Source: Seison nebaliae | Lineage: Eukaryota | Length of the DNA stretch: 56,282 nucleotides | Reading direction: 5' to 3' | Assembly: GCA_023231475.1 (NCBI GenBank) | Contig: JALJEE010000381.1 | Span: forward strand, 1-56,282 | Part shown: positions 1 through 11,523 of the stretch, one piece after another | How the letters are laid out: every line of letters begins with the position of its first letter | Position numbering within the stretch: position 1 is the first letter of the stretch | Made by a program: the position numbers and the translations under genes | Notes under the pieces: model-generated | Seen by the model: the letters and a program-made list of their open reading frames with translations, nothing else | Told to the model about the DNA's origin: nothing | The model's database searches: none

Positions 1-660
1 GAATTTGAAGAACGAATATTATCCAGAGAACTGGAAGAGAGTTTCCACGAGTCTAGATGGACACCAAGAAAACGAGTAGACGGAGACAATTTAATTGGAA
101 GATTAATAATTCGACTCACAGCCGTAGAAAGTGTTACGTTCTTCGATTGATTCACCGATATACCTAAGTTACATAATTTCACTTTGGTGAATGATAACAC
201 ATCCAATAGACTCCGATTAGATGTGGAAAACGGTACGATGTCATCAGCGTAAGCATATGGTGCTGGAATACGAGAACCGTTGACATAAACGGAAAAATGA
301 GAATTGATTAAATCGAGTGCCGAATCGAGAGCAAGACCGAACAGATACGGTCCTAGTATCGAGTCTTGACGAACACCTTGATCAACTTGGAAAAAAGCCG
401 ACTGCTGATTTTTGCCTGATACGGAACAGAATGATCGTGAACACAATGTTGTTATGAACGATAATATCGAGTAATGAACTTCACGGGATTGCAGAGAATT
501 TAGTGCCGGAAGCACATCGATGAATCAGACACTCTTGATACGTCGAGAAACGAATTATGAAGAGGACGGTTCGTTGTCCTATGATAATAGATTAAGGATC
601 TCACAATGGCCGCGCAAGGATGCACCCCTCTGTTGTTTATGCTTTATGATTCGATATCTT
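1..660 (-). mobile_element. Degenerate non-LTR (LINE-type) retrotransposon reverse transcriptase fragment; runs off the window edge
   Basis: Minus-strand translation gives RPLHNSFLDVSRVSDS / IDVLPAL...QVDQGVRQDSILGPYLF...AYADDIV (YADD at 240-251)...LGISVNQSK...TRFLGVHLD, i.e. RT subdomains 3-7. There is a frameshift near 520, a stop near 580, and QG is mutated to QD. Confidence 0.85.
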
Positions 661-3383
661 ATCGGAGTAAAGTTAACATTGTGAATGAGAAAAATTTTAG
701 ACTCATACTGTATTTTTCTAAAGCCAAAACTCGATAGTTTGTACAATATTTTGATTGTTAATAAACTGTTTAATTTAATCAATTGTTTAATGGGAAACAC
801 ATTCAGTAGTTGGGAATTATTCCTGAAAATCAACGGCATTGAATTGAATTATTCGACTGTTTTTTCCTTACCAATTTCGGGAAATAAATAAAATTATTTT
901 TTTTAAATAGATTATTTTAGAAAATACAGAGCATTTTTAGATAACATGTCCATGAAAGATCTAAATGAAAAACAAGAAATTGCGTTCTTAAAAAAATTCT
1001 TCTTTCATTTTCCCTTCAATGTAACCGAACATTCAACCTTGAATAATCTTTTATTGACTGATTGAGTATTCTTGTGTATTGGCGTAATCCTATGACAATA
1101 ATTAACTAATTAGATTATACAAGTGATTAAAGTATTATGTAATGATCAAGTTCATTTATATGTAATTCCCAAAAAGGTAATTTAATTTCCTAATAATTTC
1201 CGTTTAGGTTGAAGATTCTGAAAGATTTAGGAATAAGGAATTTTTTATAGAAAAATATATTTCCAATTTGTTTTGATCAGTTGGAGATTTTTCTCTTAAT
1301 ATAAATAATATTTAATATTAAATATTTCAGTGTATTGAAGGACGATAATTTTCGATTATCATTTCTAATAACGGTTTTATTGGGAAATTTGTTGTTCTTA
1401 CGGAACGTGAGAAAGTTTGATTGTAGTGAAAAGCCGAAACATTTATTTAGTTCAATAACTTCCGCAACTCCCATAAACAATGAATGAGTTGATGAGAAAA
1501 GATGTTGATGAGTGAATCGTATAAGATCTCTTTCATTGAAGAGTTGAGTTGTTCAATAAAGAATGATCAATTGAAGAGATGAATGAACATCTGAATATTT
1601 TCTAACGACTTCAATGTAAATTTGAACATATTGACGTTCCCTTATTTATTATAGTTTGTGCATTTACGAATGAATGAAGGAGAAGATGTTTACTCTCGTC
1701 GACTGGTATTAGTAGAATAGAGGAGAGGTGATAGGATCGAGAAAATATTTTTCATATATTGTCAAACCATCCATTTTAAGGTGTATACTTTAAAGTTAGG
1801 GGGAAAGTTGAGAGTTGGGAGTTCTATTCGCCCCCGATTAACTCAAGGAGTGATTGAGTAATAAGTAAACGTACATATCGACAATATTAACGGAGAATAA
1901 TAGAGAGAAATGAGATCTGCATAGATATCATTAAATATTTGATTCTGTAAAAAATGATTGATGGAAAAGAGAAATATAAGAATATGTCACTTACTAACAA
2001 TTGGAGATGTCGCTAAATTGCTTCTCTCGGGAGTTGGCTCGTTGAATTTCTCTATTTTCTTTTTCGTCTATTGAGGTATTATTTTCTTGGACCTGTAGTC
2101 AAAATCCTTTTCTTTCTTTTTCTATCTTTCTATTTCGAATATGCGGCATATTCGTATACCGAAGGAATAAATTTTCATGCTAACTTACACAGCACGCAGT
2201 ACATGTACAAATCGTATGTTGGGAGAGTCGAACATATACGGACATGATATCTTTCTCGATATTCTACAGATATTTAAGCTAATAGAGAAAGGAATGAGAA
2301 ATTATTTCTTTATTTTATCCTTTAATTCTTTTTCCCACAACCAACATTTCTTCTCCATTTTCTTCTCTTATTAAACAATACACACCCCAGTAATGTTATC
2401 GAATGATAGAAAAAGGAAAGGGGTTTACCACGTACATCTTCTTCTTCTTCTTCGTCTTCTTCTATGCCAAACTTGCTCCTATAAAAGGCAACATATTTTC
2501 ACTAAATTTTCATATTCGAACTGAAAAGAATAATTTGGTGAGAAATATCTTCCTACTACCCTTCGTCCTCATTTACTTATCGATTAATTTTGAATAAATT
2601 TACCATGTTCAGTTTCAATCGAATTATTTCTCTCCAACATTTCTTCATGTCAATCAGTTCTTCATTGAAACTTCTCTTTCAATTTCTTCTTTCTTCAATT
2701 TCAAGATCGATCATTTCTTCAAAATTCTTTTCCTCCAGTGCAACTAAATTTACATTATTTTCCCTCCAAATTCTTTATTTGGAAAGATCGATCTATTAAA
2801 AATTCCTTTTTCATTTTCCAATACCAAATCATTTTATTCTTTATCATAAAACATTTCTCTTTGAACTTTTATTTTTGTTAGATCAAACAAACGAACATAT
2901 TTCCCAAAGTTCTCAAACAAATCTTGCCTAAGTACGTGGGTGAACCGAAATAAATCTTTTCATTTATTCATCAAATAATAAGGAAGAAATAAATAAGAAA
3001 ATGGCGATTTTCATAATAGAAGGCAACAACATTTTCAAATTCAATTCAGTATAGGAGGAATTATTGAGGGGCGGTTGAAATACCGGTGACGTTAAACGAA
3101 AAAAAAGTAATCCGAAAATTGTTGAAATGCAATTGATGACAAGAGCGTATCTTGTCTCCCTCTGATAACTCATCGAAGGTGAAAGAAAGAGTAAAGTGTT
3201 GAATACAAGAGAAAGAGAATTGTCCTACTTGTTAGTCGAAGAGTGGAAGGTCAAAGGAAATCTCCTTTCAATTCGTTTCTTTTTGGTTGTCTCTTATCTG
3301 TTACGGATCTTCCTAATCTTATTCAACAATACGAAGAAAAGAAAACTCAATTCGATTTGTTGTAGGGAATTGTATCATCAAAC

Positions 3384-4592
3384 ATGGTTATTACGAAGAA
3401 ACCAACAGAATTATTCGAGAATCAATTAGTTTGTTTCGATTCGAAGGATGTTGACGAGAGTGGACTATTCGCTGACGCTTGCATCGGCATCAATTTGGAT
3501 GGTATTGTCGAGAACTATAATTTGTTGAGAGCCATGTCTCATCCAGCCGAATGTTCAGCAGTTGTTAAAGCCAATGCTTATGGTTGCGGCTCGGCGATAG
3601 TTGCGAAAAAACTCTATTCGGTCGGATGTCGAACATTCTTCGTCGCCTCGTTTAGTGAAGGAATTCGATTGAGAAAGAAGTTCGACGCACAAGATGCGAC
3701 GATTGGCATTCTCGGAGGATTGTTAATACCTGAAATTGAAAAGTATGAATCGTATCGTTTAACGCCCGTCCTCAATACAGTCGACCAGATTATTGGTTAT
3801 GGAGAGTATTGTGAAGAACACAACAAGAAGTTGCCTGCCTTCATTCACATTGATACTGGAATGAACCGTTTAGGTCTCATCGAACGTGATTTGGAAGTAT
3901 TGAGAGATTATTCTCACAAACTCTCCTTCATCAACGTAATTGCATGGATGACTCATTTCGCTTGTGCGGATGAAGAAGATGGAAATTTTTGCGAAGACCA
4001 ATACACCAGATTTAATGAATTATTAAAGAAATTCGATATTTCCAATGAAAGCATTTCCATCTGCAATTCCAGTGGTATCTTCGCCAAAAATGGCAAATAT
4101 AACAAGTTGGGACTAAATCGTCCAGGTGTCGCTCTTTATGGCGGCAATCCAACTCCGTGGACTAAAAATCCGATGGTTCCCGTTGTCTCTCTATTTGCGC
4201 GAATTCAACAAAATCAATTCCGCAAGAAAGGTGACCCAATCGGTTATAATTCAACTTATGTCACACCAAAATCCGGATATTATATCACAGTTGGAATTGG
4301 TTATGCCGATGGATGGATGAGAGCACTGAGTGGCAAAGGATATGTCACCACACTCAAATCAGGAATCCGTCTTCCGATCATCGGGAGAGTATCCATGGAT
4401 CTTATTACTTGCGATGCCAGTCATGTTGATATTAATATGATGAATGAAATCGACGAAGGACAATTCGTAAAAATCATCAGTGAAGACTATCCCGTCGACC
4501 AAGTGGCTAACGACGCCGGAACAATCAGTTACGAAGTGCTCACAAGTATCGGTGGTGCAAGATACCGACGATTATATTTCACGAAAATATAA
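3384..4592 (+). CDS. alr: Alanine racemase, bacterial fold-type III PLP enzyme, intronless (copy 1)
   Basis: Motifs AVVKANAYG (Lys62), HIDTGMNRLG, THFACAD, RPGVALYG, IGY (Tyr288), GYADG, GRVSMD and GTISYEVLTSIG are all intact. Confidence 0.95.
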   Translation: MVITKKPTELFENQLVCFDSKDVDESGLFADACIGINLDGIVENYNLLRAMSHPAECSAVVKANAYGCGSAIVAKKLYSVGCRTFFVASFSEGIRLRKKFDAQDATIGILGGLLIPEIEKYESYRLTPVLNTVDQIIGYGEYCEEHNKKLPAFIHIDTGMNRLGLIERDLEVLRDYSHKLSFINVIAWMTHFACADEEDGNFCEDQYTRFNELLKKFDISNESISICNSSGIFAKNGKYNKLGLNRPGVALYGGNPTPWTKNPMVPVVSLFARIQQNQFRKKGDPIGYNSTYVTPKSGYYITVGIGYADGWMRALSGKGYVTTLKSGIRLPIIGRVSMDLITCDASHVDINMMNEIDEGQFVKIISEDYPVDQVANDAGTISYEVLTSIGGARYRRLYFTKI

Positions 4593-5570
4593 GAACTATT
4601 ATGTGAAAGGAATAATAATTTTGAACCTTTTTTTTTCATGAACACTTTTTAACTTTTTCGGTGGAAATCGTATTGTGGAAAAAAATTTTATAAATAAATT
4701 CCCTGTCTTTTCTTACTGTTAACATTATTTTATTGAAATTATTCCTTTACTATTCATCTTTAAAACTGATCTCTCATAATTTAATTATGATCTTTAATAT
4801 TAATTATTAATTAAAATTAAGTTATTCCTTCTAATAAGATTAATTAATATTTTTAATTTTTATAAACTGAAGTTTTAATTATTCAATTTTCTCTTTTAGA
4901 CCTGCTTTTAATTCTTGTTCTTGTTATCGATTGATCTATAATATAGATTGTACATAATTGAACAACGTTAATAATATACGTCTATTTCTACGAATTTTAT
5001 ATACTTGACTGGAAAAGAACCTAGAAAAATTGAGACAGGTGACAATTATTTTTTTTTATTTATAACGTCAAATATCCTAGAGGCAAATTAAAAAGAAAAT
5101 AGGATAATTCACTGTACAAGTTATCCATAATAAGTTGTCTTCCAATGTCGATTTCATCACATAAATAAATTGGAGTACGACGGGCAATATCAAAATTGGA
5201 GATAATAAGAAGAGTTTCATCCAAAGTATGAGGAAGTTCAATAGAAAATTATGAATGTTGTATTGTATGACTGTACAACATTATGATCTACATTTGTTAA
5301 GTTAGTAGATTGATAAGTGGAAATTAAGCATAGCCTTATAAAGAGTAAATTTTGTTTAATTTCGAAGGTTTTATTTTGGAAAACTTGTAATTTAATAATT
5401 ATTTATGTACTCCAATTTGGTAACAATCTATTATATTGTATACGGTTATATATCTATAACCTATGGATATATTGAATATATGACGTAGGTTATTGTGTGA
5501 CTCGATTATTGTCCAATAGCTCAATATCTACCGATTAAGATTGAACTCATAAAAAAGTTGCTCAAAAAAA

Positions 5571-6749
5571 ATGGAAGACATGTCAGAATATTGGAGAAAG
5601 GTGTTGAATGAAAAGGGAGACAATTTAGATGACGCAGTACTAGGAATTAATTTGAAAGCGATTGCTCAAAACTATAAAACTTTGAGAGACGTTTCTCATC
5701 CAGTTAAATGTGGCGCTGTGGTTAAAGGGAATGCATACGGTTGTGGAATGAATCGAGTCTCACGGAAACTGTATTCTATCGGTTGTCGTATTTTCTTCGT
5801 TGGAAAATTGAAGGATGGAATTGAACTACGAAAAGAATTAACGGAAACTGATGCGAAGATTTATGTGATGAATGGACTTCAAATGTCGATTATCCACAAA
5901 TATGAGTCGTGTCAATTGACTCCTTTCCTCAATTCCACAAATCAGATTTTTGCTTTCGCCAAATATTGTGCAGAGAAGGGAAAGAAATTATCTTGTGTAA
6001 TACAAATTGATGTAGGTATGAATCGTTTGGGGTTAACGGAAGAAGATCTGATTATGGTCAGGAATAATTTCGATAAATTATCGTCAATCGATATTGAGTT
6101 ATGGTTAGCACATTTTACCGAATCGGAAGTTCCTTATTCGAAAGTGACCGACGAACAATATGAAAAGTTCATGGGATTATTGAGAAAATATAAATTCTCT
6201 CACGAAAAAATTTCAATTTGCAATTCCGCTGCAATTTTCGCAAATAACGAAAAATTTCAAAAGATTGGGTTAAATCGACTAGGTATCATTTTGTATGGGA
6301 ATCATTTGGGAAAGGAAATATCCAATAACATTCCTTCCATTTTACCCGTCATTTCCATATTCTCCAGAATAAAACAATTGAAATATCGGTCGAAAGGACA
6401 ATCGATCGGTTATGGATCTCATTTTAGTATACCGAAATCCGGCTATTTTATAACGGTTGGATTTGGCTTCTCCGATGGTCTACGAGACTTAATCACAGAA
6501 GAATGTGGACGAACGTTACAATCGAAAATTCATTTACCGATTGTGGGTCGAGTGTCAATGGATCTAATAGTGTGCGATGCTACAACCATGAAAAAAACAG
6601 ATTTGGATGAAATCGAAGAAGGGAAATTCATCGAAATCATTCTGAAACCATATGTCATTCGAAATGGAGCTAAGCTTTGTGGGACATTAAATAATCAAAT
6701 GTTAACTTGTGTGGGTAGTGGAAGATCAGATTTTTTATATTACGAATAA
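5571..6749 (+). CDS. alr: Alanine racemase-family paralog, divergent, intronless (copy 2)
   Basis: AVVKGNAYG (Lys52), DVGMNRLG, IGYG (Tyr281) and GRVSMD are kept; collinear with copy 1 (shared VSHP/MSHP, KLYSxGCR, ISICNS, PKSGY). HFTESE, GFSDG and GTLNNQMLT are altered. Confidence 0.9.
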   Translation: MEDMSEYWRKVLNEKGDNLDDAVLGINLKAIAQNYKTLRDVSHPVKCGAVVKGNAYGCGMNRVSRKLYSIGCRIFFVGKLKDGIELRKELTETDAKIYVMNGLQMSIIHKYESCQLTPFLNSTNQIFAFAKYCAEKGKKLSCVIQIDVGMNRLGLTEEDLIMVRNNFDKLSSIDIELWLAHFTESEVPYSKVTDEQYEKFMGLLRKYKFSHEKISICNSAAIFANNEKFQKIGLNRLGIILYGNHLGKEISNNIPSILPVISIFSRIKQLKYRSKGQSIGYGSHFSIPKSGYFITVGFGFSDGLRDLITEECGRTLQSKIHLPIVGRVSMDLIVCDATTMKKTDLDEIEEGKFIEIILKPYVIRNGAKLCGTLNNQMLTCVGSGRSDFLYYE

Positions 6750-7034
6750 AATGAGATTTATTTGAATTGAGATTATTGATTTTTTTTAAAGGAAAGAAAA
6801 AGAAAAATTTTTGAAAATTGTTCTTCGATTACGGTTATTTGAAAGGAACAAATTATTTGCGGAGAATAAAAAAGGGGAGAATGGAAATAATTAAGGAAGA
6901 CTATTAATTAGGAATAATAATGAGGAAGCGATTCAAAGAAATATTTATTAAATAAAATCGATAATGTTGTCAAGTAAAAGGAATTTTCTCATAAAAATAA
7001 ATTTACACTATTAATAGTGTAAGAAAATAATTTT

Positions 7035-7985
7035 ATGCAATTCAATAGAAAAGGAATGAAGACGAAAATTCTTTACTGTTTCATCCTTCTTCCAATATTT
7101 TATTTTTTAAATAATTTCTCCAATCTCGATATTTGTCGGAACATGGGCCATGGGATGAATTATTGGATGAACTTGGAAAAACCGAACGATAAGTCATTGA
7201 AATATTTACAAATGCTCTTCATCTTCACGACGGGACGTAGTGGCAGTACCACTCTTCAATATTTGTTGAACCATTTACCACGTTATTGGATTGGTGGGGA
7301 GATGGGGAAAATGTTAACCGACTTCCAAAACATCAATGACAAATATTTCAAGTTGCGAAATAAGAATTCTTATTCTTATTTGAAATTTAAAGATAATCCA
7401 AAAATTATGAGAAAGTTTCGCGAATTATTTCTCGAAATTCTCATCGGAACAGAAAATATTTCTAATTATGAGGTGTTAGGACAGAAAGAACTTTTGAATG
7501 AATCGAAGAATGAACTCGAATTCTTATTGACATTATTTCCCAAATCCAAATATATTTTCGTCTATCGAAGAAACATAAATTCTTATCAGAATTCGGGTTT
7601 TATGAAAAGGGAATGGAAAACAGAACATTTCTTCCAAGTAATTAGTAGGAAAATTGAGCAGATGAAAACTTTCCAAAAATCTTATCCGAAAAGATGTCGA
7701 ACGATAATTATGGAAGATATGACACCTGAATATCTTACAAGAGAATTAATCTCATCAGGTTTCTTACCGTTCGTAAGAAGAAATTGTTCGATTTTAAAGT
7801 TGCCGTTTATTAATAAAAATTCGACATATACCAAAAAGAGAATTGTGGAAAAGTGGAAAATGGAAATGTTTTCTTCCCAATGTTTCCACTACAAATTATC
7901 TTCAGCTTGGAAGAAAGTGCCGGCGACACACGCCGTTGAAAAACAAGCAAATGTACCGGAGATTAATGCACGGAATGCTAATTGA
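7035..7985 (+). CDS. Sulfotransferase (Sulfotransfer_3-like) with N-terminal signal anchor, intronless
   Basis: 5'-PAPS-binding loop FIFTTGRSGSTTLQYLLN, then VLGQKE and LFPKSKYIFVYRR (3'-phosphate motif). Hydrophobic segment ILYCFILLPIFYFL near the N-terminus. Confidence 0.8.
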   Translation: MQFNRKGMKTKILYCFILLPIFYFLNNFSNLDICRNMGHGMNYWMNLEKPNDKSLKYLQMLFIFTTGRSGSTTLQYLLNHLPRYWIGGEMGKMLTDFQNINDKYFKLRNKNSYSYLKFKDNPKIMRKFRELFLEILIGTENISNYEVLGQKELLNESKNELEFLLTLFPKSKYIFVYRRNINSYQNSGFMKREWKTEHFFQVISRKIEQMKTFQKSYPKRCRTIIMEDMTPEYLTRELISSGFLPFVRRNCSILKLPFINKNSTYTKKRIVEKWKMEMFSSQCFHYKLSSAWKKVPATHAVEKQANVPEINARNAN

Positions 7986-10070
7986 ACTAATGCACGTTTT
8001 CTTTTTGGAGCCATGGCGGCCAAACCTCCAACCATAATACTCAATGATGATAAATTGGCGAATCCGCAAAGTGCATAAGTGGCAATGATAACTGATCGAT
8101 CTTCATAAATTACTGATCCCTCATAATCATCATTTTTCCGTTTGGTAATAAGTTTTCCTAATTCTTGATAGGCAACAAACTATAATATTTTCCATTAAAT
8201 AATGATTATTTATGAAATAATAATACGAATAAATATTTAACTTCGTTAGCGAACGTTTTGATTCCTGCCAACTTGCCAACGATTAAACAATCTTTTGGTG
8301 GAACACCCATAATGAGAGCGAATGGTGCAAATAGATATCCCATTAACTCGTTGAAATTTAGTTGAATTTTCACTCGCAAAAAGAACCAAGCAACTGTGGC
8401 GTTAATGAATTCGAGTATAGCAACAAATGCAATTACGTTACAGAGAATATTGCCAACTAATTTTAAGCCCATTGTCGCCCCATTTAATGCCGCTTCCAAA
8501 ACATTGATCTCTTCTCCTTTTGGAATATTCTTCACCGATTTCCATGAGGTTCTCGTTTTTCTCGTTTCAGGATAGATTATTTTAGCGAAAGCCAAAGCCG
8601 CAGGTGCAGACATTACTGATGCGGAGATCAAATGATTAGACGGTACACCAAATCCAATGAACGATAATAATACACCACCAGCAACTGTTGCAAAACCGCA
8701 TGTCATGATAGCATGGATTTCAGAGCGAGTCATTAGGGGAAGGAATGGTCGAACTAATAACGGTGCTTCTGTTTGTCCAATAAAGATGTTGGCTGAAGCC
8801 ACAATTGATTCACCTTCACTTACAAATTTATTCTATACATCAGAAGAAGATTAAAATAATTTAACCTGCAGTTGTACCTAAAACCACTTCCAAAATTCTA
8901 CTCATTCTCAATATGACATATTGCATAATTCCCCAATAATAGAGGACGGAAACGATGGTGGAGAAATAAATGACGGCTGGCATCGCCTAATGAACAGAAT
9001 GAAGATTATGAATTTTTTAAATAAAATTAACATTGAAAGCAAAAATGAATCCACTTGTCAATTCTTCTCCGAAAGCAAAAGCAGCACCAGCACCCGAAAA
9101 GTTGAGGAAGACGGAAACTTTATCTCCAAAAAATTTGAAAAGTTCATAACCGAAAGATGTTCGTAAAACGAATGCACCGAAAAAGAATTGAGTTGCAAAT
9201 CCCCAAAAAACAGTTTTTATAGAAATCTAAAAAAAAAGATGAATTGAATGAGAAGGAGAAACGAACTTTATTTGGGAACTTTGAAATGATAATCGATATC
9301 ATTATCAAGATGATTAGACCGAAGAAAGAGACGATATTATACGTTTCTCTCAAGATCAATGCGATGCAGATGATGATGCCAATTAATCCGATAATGAAAG
9401 GAATGAATCGTAAATATTTCTTATGTTGTCGAAGAGTATTAATCACATTATCAAATATTGTCCAATCGATGGTATTAATTATTCGTTCCATTAGAAGGAG
9501 ATCGATTATAATCGATAATCCGATACATGTCATAACAATGAGTCCAAGTGGGGCACTTTCGAATATTTGTTGAGCTAAAGGTTTTTTCGCAGTACTACTC
9601 GTATCGAAGGATGGCGGTTCACCATATTTCGATGTGAGAGCAAAAGCAAAATAAATAAAATATAATAAGAACAAAGTGATGCCAATTACCAAATAAATTA
9701 TTTTCTTATGTTTCGTCATTTTCTTAGCGAAATCGGATAAAATATTTTTAAAATTATCATATTTCTTTTGGAAGGCGTCATTCTTATTCGTGTCTAGCAA
9801 TTCCAGTTCGTCATCTGAATTTCCTTCCAACTCATTTTCATTCTCTTTCAACGATTTCCTTTCGTCTTCATTATACAAACTATTTGTTGCGATGTCACTA
9901 TAAATGATGTGCATCGGATATTCTTCGGCAACCGATTTCCTTTTCGATGGACTATTTCTCTTCGAACGTTTACGACGATGTTTCCGTTTTTTATTGTGGT
10001 TCGGATGAGAATCTCGATGGGAATCCATTGTCTCATCATCGTCGCCTACTTGGTAAGCAAGATTTTCCAT
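7889..10070 (-). CDS. SLC28A: Concentrative Na+/nucleoside cotransporter (SLC28/CNT), 4 exons
   Basis: Motifs ANIFIGQTEAPL, GFATVAGG, SASVMSAPAAL, FANE|FVAY, TYALCGFAN, TACVAG. Introns 9227-9266, 8814-8865 and 8180-8241 restore the frame; stop TAG at 7889-7891. Confidence 0.93.
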
Positions 10071-11523
10071 GGTTGTTTATGAATGATGATGGTTGATATA
10101 TGAAATGAAGTAGTATTGTTTATTTCGACCTTAGAAATTTCTCAAGTTTCTTTACTTTTCTTCGTCAGGTATAGAATCCTCTTTCTATTTATTAAGTGAA
10201 GAAATTTCTTTCATTTTATTGAATTTTATTTATCTAATTCTTTAAAAATATTTGGAAATTCTCCTTCTTTCTCCCACGATTTCATATAGAGAGAAATGAT
10301 CAATTCCTATTCTAGTCACGCGAATGGAAAAGATTCCATCGAAAATTTTATATAGTAACAGACAGAGATGGAAATTTCAATGAAATTCGGTTCGATGGAA
10401 AATTGGCGAAGTGGTGGATTTTGACAAATATCTGCGATTTTTCCCTTCGTATTTTCATGTGGATCATTTATTGTGAGTTTATTGAGGAATCATCTGAACG
10501 GAAATGAATTCCTCTCAATTCTCAACATTTTCCTCGTAACTCAATTAATTGGTTTGTGGGAAAGTTGATGTGAGAGGAGAAATAGGGAGATATATTATCT
10601 AACGGAATTTTTTTATTAAAATATTTTCTTATCGAGTCTCTTTAATATTTTTCAGTGATTTAATTTCCGATTATAATTGAAATTTATTTTAAAATTATTT
10701 TCTTCTCAATTTCTGATGATGTGTGTAATAAGGCGTGCGAGAGCTTATAAGAGTTCTTCTTGACTAAATAAAGTTTTTCATTGGAATTGAAATATAGAAT
10801 GACGAAAATTCAAAAGAAAAAATTTCCTTTTACAAAAAAAATAAGAAATGAACGTCCTCGTTGTTTAGTGAACTCTGCCCAAGTAGTGTCTTCGTGGAAA
10901 GGAAGAAAACATCAGAGGAATTGATCATTGAGTAAATTTTAGTGAATGGACAGACAAGAAATAAGTAATTTTTTTTTGAGAATCAGAAGACAGGAGGTGT
11001 GTGGATGCAATTGAGTTGTCTGGGTTGGAATATAAAGAAAGAAACTAAAGATGATGACGATAAGAAAAAATGTTAGTTCTGACACGAACAAATAACTACA
11101 GAGAAAATAGGAGGAGAAGGATTAAAATGGTTGAAATAATTTGTTCAAAAAGATTCAGGTTCCAACGTGTTAAGATCAAAAAATTATTTTGACGAAGAAG
11201 AAATTTGGAGGAAAATAAATGTGAAAGATTGAATAATCCGGATCGATAATCGATAAGATTCATTCGTTTTTAGATGTTAATTCAATTTATTTCTCTCGGT
11301 CTCATTTTGTCTTTTGTTTGAATAAGAGAAAGAATAAAAAAGTATCTTTATAATGGATAATGGCCAGATGGATTATAAACCATTCATGTAATTGGAGCGA
11401 CTTCCTATCGATAAATTGACATTTTCATTCATATTCATTGAGTAAAAATGAGAATTACAATTTGATGCTAAATAGAGAGTAAAAGAGAGAAAAAAAATGT
11501 AGATGATTGAATAAATGAGCATT

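Noticed and set aside
2136..2154. Palindrome CGAATATGC-G-GCATATTCG
   Set aside because: One 9-bp inverted repeat is plausible by chance in 56 kb of AT-rich DNA; no supporting context.
3384..7985. Bacterial contaminant or operon
   Set aside because: No Shine-Dalgarno sites, ~1-kb AT-rich spacer, host-like composition, and the sulfotransferase physically overlaps a spliced animal gene. Read-level confirmation is still advisable.
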